From Candidatus Micrarchaeota archaeon (GTDB lineage: Archaea; Micrarchaeota; Micrarchaeia; Norongarragalinales; JBBILJ01): a stretch of DNA of 24,000 nt. The stretch covers positions 28,684 to 52,683 of the forward strand of contig JBBILJ010000001.1 in the NCBI GenBank assembly GCA_037444945.1. Reading direction: 5' to 3'. Numbering within the stretch: the stretch's first letter is position 1; the number at the start of each line of letters is the position of its first letter. This document shows positions 8,309 through 14,616 of the stretch, in pieces. The notes beneath the pieces are model-generated. The model did not search any database and was not told where the DNA came from. It worked only from the letters and a program-made list of their open reading frames with translations. Both the position numbers and the translations under genes were made by a program.

Positions 8309-8430
8309 GTGCGTCAGCGGTCATAGGGGAGGGGAGATACCCGATCCCTTCTCGAACTCGGAAGTCAAGCCCTCCTACGATGCTGCAAGTACTGCCGTTA
8401 AAGCGGGAACGCGCGTTGCTGCTGACACTT
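8309..8430 (+). rRNA. rrf: 5S ribosomal RNA (stand-alone, no 16S/23S in window)
   Basis: GCGGTCATAGGGGAGGGGAGATACCCGATCCCTTCTCGAACTCGGAAGTCAAGCCCTCC...AGTACTGCC matches the universal 5S loop B / helix III / loop C core. Terminal helix I: 8311-8321 pairs with 8418-8428. T-runs lie downstream (8466-8469, 8493-8497). Ends are +/- 3 nt. Confidence 0.85.
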
Positions 8431-8527
8431 CTCACAACCCCGTAGCGCGCGCCCTCCACTCGTTCTTTTCGCTCGCTCTCCCTCGCTCAATTTTTGTATC
8501 CTTCCGCTCGCGCGGCGCGTTAAAACG

Positions 8528-8535
8528 TTTTTATA
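8528..8535 (+). promoter_or_regulatory. TATA box (TTTTTATA) for leaderless gene at 8559
   Basis: aaaacgTTTTTATAccc ends 24 nt upstream of ATG 8559, with no SD in between. Confidence 0.5.
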
Positions 8536-8558
8536 CCCACACGCTGTTCCCCTCCATC

Positions 8559-8864
8559 ATGGTGGACGCGAACACGGTGGTTCTCGGCGCCAGTCTCGTC
8601 GCGCTCGGCGCGGCCGCCTGGCACGCACGCGAGCTGCGCGCCCTCGCCGAGGACGTGGAGGCGGGGTATCACCGCGAACTGCGCCGCCTCGTCGCCGCCG
8701 AAGGCGACTTGATGGAAGTGAGTCACGAGCTCGTCTCGCTGCGGCAACTCGCGGCCCGCAAGGCGAGCGTGCGTCAAACTGAAAGCCTCTTTAGCGAGGC
8801 CGTAGAGCGCGTCGCGCACAAACCGCGCGAGCGCGAAAAAGTGCGTGCAACAATCAAACGGTGA
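8559..8864 (+). CDS. small N-terminally anchored coiled-coil protein (101 aa)
   Basis: ORF 8307..8864 trimmed to ATG 8559, because the upstream part overlaps the 5S rRNA. One TM helix (TVVLGASLVALGAAAW) followed by a charged helical region. Confidence 0.5.
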   Translation: MVDANTVVLGASLVALGAAAWHARELRALAEDVEAGYHRELRRLVAAEGDLMEVSHELVSLRQLAARKASVRQTESLFSEAVERVAHKPREREKVRATIKR

Positions 8865-8875
8865 AAATCCCTTTT

Positions 8876-9148
8876 ATGGCGGACGACCTCTCCCCCCTCT
8901 CGCTGCTTCTACTCGTCATCGCGGCGCTCAGCGTCGCGTGGGTGTTCCTCTCCGGTTCCTCGCTACGCCGCCTCGCGCGCCGCCGCCACTCTGAGGTCGA
9001 CCGTCGTCTCGGCTCAATCGAGGCGGACGCGCGACTACTCAAAAAGGACGCGGAAAAAATGCGGCGCGAGTTGGGTGAGAAGGCGGATTACGAGTACATC
9101 GCGAAACGCATTGACGGTCTGGTCGAACTCTTGAGGGGATCCACATGA
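8876..9148 (+). CDS. small N-terminally anchored coiled-coil protein (90 aa; alternative GTG start 8861)
   Basis: TM helix (LSLLLLVIAALSVAWVFL) followed by a charged helix (EADARLLKKDAEKMRRELGEKADYEY). GTG 8861 overlaps the previous stop (GTGA). Same architecture as the previous gene. Confidence 0.5.
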   Translation: MADDLSPLSLLLLVIAALSVAWVFLSGSSLRRLARRRHSEVDRRLGSIEADARLLKKDAEKMRRELGEKADYEYIAKRIDGLVELLRGST

Positions 9149-9366
9149 AGACCTACCTCCTCCTCTTCTTCAACTCCGAAGGCGGCAAACCCAGCGACGT
9201 GACGGACCGCCTCATGGGGCTCGGCTTCAAGCCGACGGCCGGCAATTATGATTACGTGTATACGTGGCTCAAAGGCGCCGACCTCGACGACATTCTAACC
9301 ATCGGCGACAAAGTCGCTCTTACCCTCAAGGGTCTCCACGTCTACTTCCGCCTCGAAACCGTCTAA
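9145..9366 (+). CDS. small soluble protein (73 aa), unknown function
   Basis: ATGA start/stop overlap with the previous gene. The alternating beta/alpha-like pattern is consistent with a small alpha/beta fold. No family recognised. Confidence 0.45.
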   Translation: MKTYLLLFFNSEGGKPSDVTDRLMGLGFKPTAGNYDYVYTWLKGADLDDILTIGDKVALTLKGLHVYFRLETV

Positions 9367-9398
9367 GCAAAAGGAGAGGCGAGAACGGGAGAGTTGCC

Positions 9399-9409
9399 CT
9401 TTTTAATTT
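9399..9409 (+). promoter_or_regulatory. TATA box (CTTTTTAATTT) for response-regulator gene
   Basis: Ends 21 nt upstream of ATG 9430, with no SD. Consistent with a leaderless transcript. Confidence 0.45.
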
Positions 9410-9429
9410 CCGTCAGCCCAGGCTCTTTG

Positions 9430-9825
9430 ATGCCCGAAGAACCTCTCGAAAAACGCCCCCGCATCCTTCTTGCCGAAGACGACGACGGCGTCCGCCACGC
9501 GTTCGAACTCAGCCTCGGCCGCCACTATCGCGTTACCGCCTTCCCAGACCATCGTGAACTTCTCAAACACCTCGAGGACGCGGAGAACGCGCGCGACGCG
9601 CGCCTCGTCCTCTCCGACTTGCGCATGCCGGGAACGCGCGACGGCCTCGAACTCGCCGCCGCCCTGCAGCAACGCCACCCCGGCTTGCCGCTGGTGATGA
9701 TGAGTGGGAACTGGACGAAAGCGGAGCGCGACGAGGCGAGCAAGTTGGGTGCGCGCGAAACCCTCGAAAAGCCCATAAACTTGACCGACTTATTCGACGC
9801 AATCGAGCGCCACCGCCGGCGCTAA
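9430..9825 (+). CDS. single-domain CheY-like response regulator receiver
   Basis: All canonical receiver residues are present: LLAEDDD, VLSDLRMPG (phosphoacceptor Asp), VMMSG, LEKP (Lys). There is no output domain. ORF 9394 trimmed to ATG 9430. Confidence 0.85.
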   Translation: MPEEPLEKRPRILLAEDDDGVRHAFELSLGRHYRVTAFPDHRELLKHLEDAENARDARLVLSDLRMPGTRDGLELAAALQQRHPGLPLVMMSGNWTKAERDEASKLGARETLEKPINLTDLFDAIERHRRR

Positions 9826-9853
9826 CGACGGGCCGCGCTCGCGAGTTTTTGTT

Positions 9854-10150
9854 TTAAATGACGCCGAGCTTGCGCCCGATTTTTTCGAAGGCGCTGAGCG
9901 CGAAGTCGAGGTCGTCGCGGGTGAGGTCGGCGTTCATCATGGTGCGGATGCACGCTTTGTCTTTCGCCACCATGGGGAATACGATGGGGAGCGCGAAGAT
10001 GCCGGCACCGAAGAGCTCGTCGCTAAACGCGCGCGCCTTGGCGCTGTCCCCCATGACCGGCGTAATCGGTGTTTCGCTAATCCCCGTGTCGAAGCCCGCG
10101 CTCTTGAGTTCTTTCTTGAAGTAGTTTGTGTTCTCCCACAATTGCTGGAC
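9854..10150 (-). pseudogene. kbl: C-terminal remnant (~95 codons) of 2-amino-3-ketobutyrate CoA ligase
   Basis: VQQLWENTNYFKKELKSAGFDTGISETPITPVMGDSAKARAFSDELFGAGIFALPIVFPMVAKDKACIRTMMNADLTRDDLDFALSAFEKIGRKLGVI aligns by eye to the Kbl C-terminus (RLWANARQFREQM...IIPVMLGD...YPVVPKGQARIRTQMSAAHT...IGKQLGVI). The PLP-Lys region and N-terminal ~300 aa are absent. The rest of ORF 9854..10405 is antisense to the tdh remnant. Confidence 0.8.
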
Positions 10151-10450
10151 GTGTTGCGTCAAGTTTTTCAGGCGTTGCGCCCCGGCGGGCGCGCCTCCAT
10201 CCTCGGCGTCTTCCCTCGCGAAGTCAGTCTCGACGTGACGGATGGCATTGTGTTCAAGGGCGCGACCGTGCACGGCATCAACGGCCGCATCCTCTTCGAC
10301 ACGTGGTATACGGCCGCCGCTTTCCTGCGATCGGGCGCGATTGACTTGCGCAAAATCATTACGCACGAGTACACGGGTCTCGACAAAATTAATGACGCCA
10401 TTCAAACCATGGTGTCCGGCGAGAGCGGAAAAGTCGTCGTGTACCCGTGA
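10145..10450 (+). pseudogene. tdh: C-terminal remnant (~100 codons) of L-threonine 3-dehydrogenase
   Basis: LDVLRQVFQALRPGGRASILGVFPREVSLDVTDGIVFKGATVHGINGRILFDTWYTAAAFLRSGAIDLRKIITHEYTGLDKINDAIQTMVSGESGKVVV aligns to the Tdh C-terminus (GGRIAMLGI...[29 protein letters not shown]...PIITHRF...GKV). The Zn ligands and GxGxxG NAD motif are absent. No ATG and no promoter. Confidence 0.8.
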
Positions 10451-10480
10451 ACGCCGGCGAGTCTAGGCTAGTGCACTAAG

Positions 10481-10487
10481 AAAAAAA
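10481..10487 (-). terminator. oligo-T (T7 on minus strand) after the TBP-fold gene
   Basis: A7 on the plus strand equals T7 on the minus strand, 18 nt downstream of the stop at 10505. It is preceded on the minus strand by a GC-rich segment (gcccgcgcgagagcccc). Confidence 0.5.
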
Positions 10488-10504
10488 GGGGCTCTCGCGC
10501 GGGC

Positions 10505-10807
10505 TTACTTAATGTATTTTTGGAGGAGTTCGACGGCGCGCTTAATCGAGCGGCGGATTTGCTCCTCGCTTTTCGCGCCCGAGCAAATCACTTTCCCGTT
10601 CTTAAAGAGCAGCAGGGTGGTGCCAATTTCTTTCAGACGCATAATTGCGCCAGGGAATTGTTCGGGCTCATACTCCACGTTGTCGACTTCCATCGCAATG
10701 TTGAACAAGTCGAGTTCGACTTCGAGGTTTGCAGACGCGACGATGTTTTCGACCTTAAACGACATGTTGACGCGCTTGTGCGGCTTGCCTGCGGCTTTCT
10801 TCGCCAT
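10505..10807 (-). CDS. single-repeat TATA-box-binding-protein (TBP) fold protein, 100 aa
   Basis: FKVENIVASANLEVELDLFNIAMEVDNVEYEPEQFPGAIMRLKEIGTTLLLFKNGKVICSGAKSEEQIRRSIKRAVELLQKY is one complete TBP repeat (ENIVAS, EYEPEQFPG, GK-V-CSGAKS). It is preceded by a basic tail, MAKKAAGKPHKRVN. Canonical archaeal TBP has two such repeats (~180 aa). Confidence 0.8.
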   Translation of the reverse strand: MAKKAAGKPHKRVNMSFKVENIVASANLEVELDLFNIAMEVDNVEYEPEQFPGAIMRLKEIGTTLLLFKNGKVICSGAKSEEQIRRSIKRAVELLQKYIK

Positions 10808-10840
10808 AACAATTACACCTTCCGAGAGCGGGACTACAGA

Positions 10841-10853
10841 TAAAAATAAAAAG
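10841..10853 (-). promoter_or_regulatory. TATA-like box (TTTTTATTTTTAT on minus strand) for the TBP-fold gene
   Basis: Downstream edge is 33 nt from ATG 10807. GGTG lies 9-12 nt upstream of the ATG on the minus strand. It is adjacent to the 14-nt perfect palindrome GGCTTTATAAAGCC (10854-10867), itself a TATA-like element. Confidence 0.4.
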
Positions 10854-11042
10854 GGCTTTATAAAGCCTCGTTCGAAGTTGAATAAGACGCCCCGCGGCGC
10901 GGTCGGAGCGTATAAATACTTGCGGGGCCGTATTTATTTTCCTTTTCCGTTTTTCGCCCGAAAAGGCCTACTCGCCGTTGTGGGCGAGACTGGCTCCGGC
11001 GCGGGTTTCGGATTGTTGCGTTTTTGGCAGGTGTAATGCAGT

Positions 11043-11321
11043 ATGAAGCGTTCCCACGGAGCCCACAGCAAGGGTAGCCGCAACCTCAAAACCAAGGGTC
11101 GCGTGAGCGCCCTCGCGCGCTTGCGCGAGTTTGAAACGGGCGCGCGTGTACGCATCGACCTCAACCCCGTCTACCTCGAAGGCCGCCAACCCCTGCGCTT
11201 CAACGGGTGCGTGGGCGTCGTGGCAGGCAAGCAGGGCTCCTCGTACAAAGTCGTCCTCAAAGACGGCGGCAAAGCAAAAACCTTTTTCATTCCCAACGTG
11301 CACTTGCGCCCCGCCGCTTAA
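11043..11321 (+). CDS. rpl21e: 50S ribosomal protein L21e
   Basis: MKRSHGAHSKGSRNLKTKGR...F.TGARVRIDLNP...FNGCVGVV..K.G..YKV.L.DGGK.K.F....HLRP matches L21e. GGTG SD at 11030-11033. First gene of the conserved archaeal rpl21e-rpoF-DUF655-ksgA cluster. Confidence 0.9.
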   Translation: MKRSHGAHSKGSRNLKTKGRVSALARLREFETGARVRIDLNPVYLEGRQPLRFNGCVGVVAGKQGSSYKVVLKDGGKAKTFFIPNVHLRPAA

Positions 11322-11367
11322 GCGGCCCCGGGCGCCGCGGAGTTTACCCCCCCTCGAGGCGTTCAAC

Positions 11368-11694
11368 ATGAAGATTATCGAAGAAAAGTACCCGACTTAC
11401 GCGGAACTCAAGGAGATGCTGGAAGAGCGTTCCGGCGAGGGCGAACTCGGGTACGAGCAGAAAAACACGCTCGAGTACTTACAAAAGTTCGCGAAACTCG
11501 ACGTCAAGGAAAGCAAGGCACTCAAAAAGGAACTCATCGAGGCGGGGTTGAGCGAGAAGCTCGCCACGCTGTGCGTGAACCTGCTGCCGCGCAAAGAAGA
11601 CGAAGTCAAACTCATTCTCCTCTACGGCAACGTGGAGGACGCGAAGGGAGAACTCGCGAAAACCGTCCTCAAAACCCTCAAAGGCGCCAAGTGA
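11368..11694 (+). CDS. rpoF: DNA-directed RNA polymerase subunit F (Rpo4)
   Basis: ORF 11131..11694 trimmed to ATG 11368 (MKIIEEKYPTYAELKEMLEE...). ~108 aa helical protein with the E..L.YL.KF pattern of Rpo4. Its position directly after rpl21e is the conserved archaeal synteny. Confidence 0.75.
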   Translation: MKIIEEKYPTYAELKEMLEERSGEGELGYEQKNTLEYLQKFAKLDVKESKALKKELIEAGLSEKLATLCVNLLPRKEDEVKLILLYGNVEDAKGELAKTVLKTLKGAK

Positions 11695-11739
11695 AAACCC
11701 TTCGGAAAGTCACGTAACGCGTGAGTGAGGTGCCCCCCC

Positions 11740-12444
11740 ATGCAGTCCCTGCCGTCCAGTCAACCCCCGCAGAAACGAGAAGCCTACGCCGTCGTCCTCG
11801 ACTACCTGCCCTCCGGCAAAGCCGGCGAAGCAGAGCGCTTCCCCTTAGCGCAAGTCGTGGGTGACACATTCTTCACGCTCCTCGAAGTCGCCCTCAAGCC
11901 CGGCGTCCAAGTCAACGTCGGCGACCGCCTCTACATCGGACCCGAAGACCGCCCGCATGTGGACCGCATCAAGGGCCGCGTTTCGTACGCGGAACTCACA
12001 CGCCAAGCCCAGAACGAAGTCGAAACGGCGGTCCGCAAAATCGTGCAGTCCCGCGAAGCCGACTTCGTGAACTTCCTCAACAAGGCGGGCGCCATCAACA
12101 TCCGAACGCACTCCCTCGAGCTGCTTCCCGGCATCGGCAAAAAGCACCTCGAAGAGCTCGTCGCCATCCGCGAAAAAGACCCGTTTAAGAGCTTCGCGGA
12201 CGTCCACGCCCGCATTCCCACCATCGGCCACCCCGAAGACTTGTTCGTGAAACGCATCGTCGAAGAACTCAAAGGCTTGGAGAAGTACTACTTCTTCGCC
12301 AAACAACCCAGCCGCGAAATCGAAGAGCGCGAACACGGCGGCGGATCGAGTGGGTACTCCGGCCGATACGGTTCGGGCGGCGGGTACGGCAACCGCACCT
12401 ACTCGCACGGCGGTCCCGGCGGCTACGGCGGCCGACGCTACTAA
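11740..12444 (+). CDS. DUF655-family protein (OB + helix-hairpin-helix) with Gly/Tyr/Ser/Arg-rich C-terminal tail
   Basis: GAGGTG SD at 11726-11731, then ATG 11740. AYAVVLDYLPSGK...FTLLEVALKPGV...RIKGRVSYAELT...FVNFLNKAGAINIRTHSLELLPGIGKKH matches DUF655. Conserved position between rpoF and ksgA. The last ~37 aa are HGGGSSGYSGRYGSGGGYGNRTYSHGGPGGYGGRRY. Confidence 0.8.
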   Translation: MQSLPSSQPPQKREAYAVVLDYLPSGKAGEAERFPLAQVVGDTFFTLLEVALKPGVQVNVGDRLYIGPEDRPHVDRIKGRVSYAELTRQAQNEVETAVRKIVQSREADFVNFLNKAGAINIRTHSLELLPGIGKKHLEELVAIREKDPFKSFADVHARIPTIGHPEDLFVKRIVEELKGLEKYYFFAKQPSREIEEREHGGGSSGYSGRYGSGGGYGNRTYSHGGPGGYGGRRY

Positions 12445-12512
12445 CTCTTTTCATCTTTCTTTGCTCTTTTAATTTCCCGCCCCACTGCTTAGTTCAACCG
12501 TTGATTGAATCC

Positions 12513-13328
12513 ATGTTTTCTCCCCGCGTGCGCCTCAAAAAGCGCTTCAGCCAAGTCCTGCTCACGGACGCGGCCGTCCTCGAACTCATCACCACTACGC
12601 TCCCCATCCGAGGCAAAACGGTTCTCGAAATCGGTCCCGGCACCGGCAACCTCACCGAGTGGCTGCTGCAAGCAGGCGCGAAAGTCGTGGCAATCGAGAA
12701 GGACGTCGAGATGGCGAACGCGCTGCGCGAACGCTTCGGCGAGCGCCCCAAAAACCTCAAAGTCGTGCTCGCGGACGCCCTCCAAGAAGACCTCTCCGCA
12801 TTCGGCGCGCGCACCTACTTCGGCAATCTGCCTTACAATATCTCTTCTCCGTTGTTGCTCCACATTTTGGAGAGCGATTTCGACGAAGCCTTGCTGTTGC
12901 TGCAAAAAGAGTTCGCCGACAAACTCTGCGCCCCGCCTGGCTCTCCCCAGCACTCGCGTTTGAGTGTCGCCGCGCAGAACCGCGCGCGCGTCGAGATCGC
13001 GCTTCCCGTCAACCGTCTCTCCTTTACTCCCGTCCCGCGCGTGGATAGCGCTCTCGTCTACATCAAACGGTTTAAGCGAAAGCAACGCGCCCTCGATGAT
13101 GAACTCGTCAACTTGCTCTACCAGCACAAGAAGCAAGACGTTCGCAAGGCGTTGCTTTCAAGCGCGCACGCGTTCGGTGCTGAGAAGAAAGAGTGGCGCG
13201 AAAAAATCGAGCGCGTCCTCCCCGCTGAACTGCTCCACCGCAAAGTCTTCTCCCTCTCTATGGACGAGCTCGCCGCCCTCACCACTCAAGTAAAGGCGCT
13301 CGCCGCGAAAAAGACTGGAAAAAACTAG
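12513..13328 (+). CDS. rsmA: 16S rRNA (adenine1518/1519-N6)-dimethyltransferase KsgA/Dim1
   Basis: KKRFSQVLLTD, SAM motif VLEIGPGTGNLT and the FGNLPYNISSP catalytic motif. TATA-like TTTTAATTT at 12466-12474. An alternative leaderless TTG start at 12501 cannot be excluded. Confidence 0.9.
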   Translation: MFSPRVRLKKRFSQVLLTDAAVLELITTTLPIRGKTVLEIGPGTGNLTEWLLQAGAKVVAIEKDVEMANALRERFGERPKNLKVVLADALQEDLSAFGARTYFGNLPYNISSPLLLHILESDFDEALLLLQKEFADKLCAPPGSPQHSRLSVAAQNRARVEIALPVNRLSFTPVPRVDSALVYIKRFKRKQRALDDELVNLLYQHKKQDVRKALLSSAHAFGAEKKEWREKIERVLPAELLHRKVFSLSMDELAALTTQVKALAAKKTGKN

Positions 13329-13334
13329 GGCTGC

Positions 13335-13420
13335 AAAAGATTGGAGTGCGGGGGCGTGAACCCCCGCGCGGCGCGACTCGACGGGATTGCCTCCTTGGAG
13401 AATCGACCGCTTTGAACTCC
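13335..13420 (-). ncRNA. candidate small structured RNA (unclassified), ending in a 9-bp GC hairpin + TTTT
   Basis: On the minus strand, GCGCGGGGG-TTCACG-CCCCCGCAC (13346-13369, 9 bp incl. one G:U) is followed by TCCAATCTTTTG. GGAGTTC (13420-13414) can pair 6/7 with GCACTCC (13349-13343). No family assigned and no clear promoter. Confidence 0.2.
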
Positions 13421-13599
13421 GCCACCAAAAAAAAAACCCAAAGGGCGTAATGCTCGCTCTCTGCTTTTAAGGATTGTTTACTCGCGCGCCGTGGTAAAGA
13501 CGCCGCCCTCTGCAAAAAAGAACCGTTGGCTTTCAGCGCGGCATTTTAAACGGCGCTAGGGAAAAGCCTTCACCGCGTGAAAAAAGGTTGGTGACAACA

Positions 13600-14610
13600 A
13601 TGACGGCAATGCTCCTCAAAACGAGCTTCTTCCTCCTCCTTGCTGCCCTTCTGCTGATGGGTTGTGCGCAGTCAGCTCAGCCGTCCTTCCAAGGATCATT
13701 TCCAACGGTGTACGCCAAATCCACTCCCACCAGTACCGCCGCTGCGCCGACCGCCACTCCGCAAGTTACAGGGAAATCTTCAACGCAACCAACGGGAATT
13801 GCTTCACCCACCCCTGCCGCATCGCGCATTGCGCGGACGTTTAAAACCGCCATATTAGCTTTCGAGGAAGGGTGCTGGGCAAACGGACCGTACCGAATGG
13901 ATTCGATAGATGAGTCCGCGTTCCTCGAAAAATGTAGTGAAATGTCAGCGTTTGTGCGGGCAAATTTTTGCTCGAGAAACCCCAGCTTTGGTTTGCGCGC
14001 CGCCCTCACCAGCCTCCATGATTCAGCCGTGTTGGCGCGCTACGACTCTATGGGAGATAACGCTTGTGAAAACCTCATCTCTGGAATAGATTCCGAGTGC
14101 GCTTCACTCGCGTCAGGCTCCGCCCGCTGCGCGAACGCGGCTTGCAACGACTCGTACTCCTTCGCCCTCAGGCTCAACCAGACCGCTTGGGCGTACGTGC
14201 TCGACGAGTCCGCGAACTCGATTCCGAGTGAAATTCCAATCCGCAGTTCGGTTTTCCGCTTGCTTCGGGACGCTTTTGAGGTAAACAAAAAACTTGCGGG
14301 TCCCCTGCTTTCCGTGAGTGGAGGGGCGTCAAATGAATCCGCACGAGCGGCCGTCGCGCAACAATTCGTCTCGCAGCGGTGGCGTGCCGCGTGCACCCTT
14401 CAGCCCTCCCTCGAAATTGTGTCTCCGTGCCCCAATTGCGGCTGCAATAACCCCGCCAACGTGGCAGCGTTCTTCGCGCAATACTACGTCCAAATCGTCT
14501 CCTGCAGCAACCCGTCGTGCGCCCAACAACCGCAAAATCCAGTGATAACGCTGAACTTTTCGCGCGGCGACGAAAGCTTTTGCTTTACGGCGCAACCGCT
14601 CGCTTCGTGA
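13600..14610 (+). CDS. secreted Cys-rich protein with lipobox-like signal peptide
   Basis: ORF 13588 trimmed to ATG 13600 (GGTGA at 13590-13594). TATA-like ATTTTAAA at 13543-13550. Signal MTAMLLKTSFFLLLAALLLMGC, then a Thr/Pro/Ala-rich linker, then a domain with many Cys residues (roughly 16-17 by eye, e.g. CPNCGCNNP, CSNPSC). No family recognised. Confidence 0.6.
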   Translation: MTAMLLKTSFFLLLAALLLMGCAQSAQPSFQGSFPTVYAKSTPTSTAAAPTATPQVTGKSSTQPTGIASPTPAASRIARTFKTAILAFEEGCWANGPYRMDSIDESAFLEKCSEMSAFVRANFCSRNPSFGLRAALTSLHDSAVLARYDSMGDNACENLISGIDSECASLASGSARCANAACNDSYSFALRLNQTAWAYVLDESANSIPSEIPIRSSVFRLLRDAFEVNKKLAGPLLSVSGGASNESARAAVAQQFVSQRWRAACTLQPSLEIVSPCPNCGCNNPANVAAFFAQYYVQIVSCSNPSCAQQPQNPVITLNFSRGDESFCFTAQPLAS

Positions 14611-14616
14611 GTAGTC

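Noticed and set aside
8307-8558. 5' part of ORF 8307..8864 as coding sequence.
   Set aside because: It coincides with the 5S rRNA gene and its terminator T-runs. A TATA box at 8528-8535 fits ATG 8559.
9854-10405. 183-aa ORF on the minus strand as an intact gene.
   Set aside because: Only its C-terminal ~95 aa resemble Kbl. The N-terminal half is merely the antisense of the tdh remnant, and there is no promoter or family-like N-terminus.
13342-13420. Possible tRNA gene on the minus strand (T-arm-like hairpin GGGGG-TTCACG-CCCCC, 6/7 acceptor pairing), or on the plus strand (sequence ends ...CTCCGCCACCA at 13417-13427).
   Set aside because: No D-arm and no 5-bp stem with 7-nt anticodon loop can be drawn. 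The T-like loop has 6 nt and lacks A58. On the plus strand there is no GGCGGAG 5' partner and no T-arm. It is kept only as a low-confidence unclassified RNA candidate.
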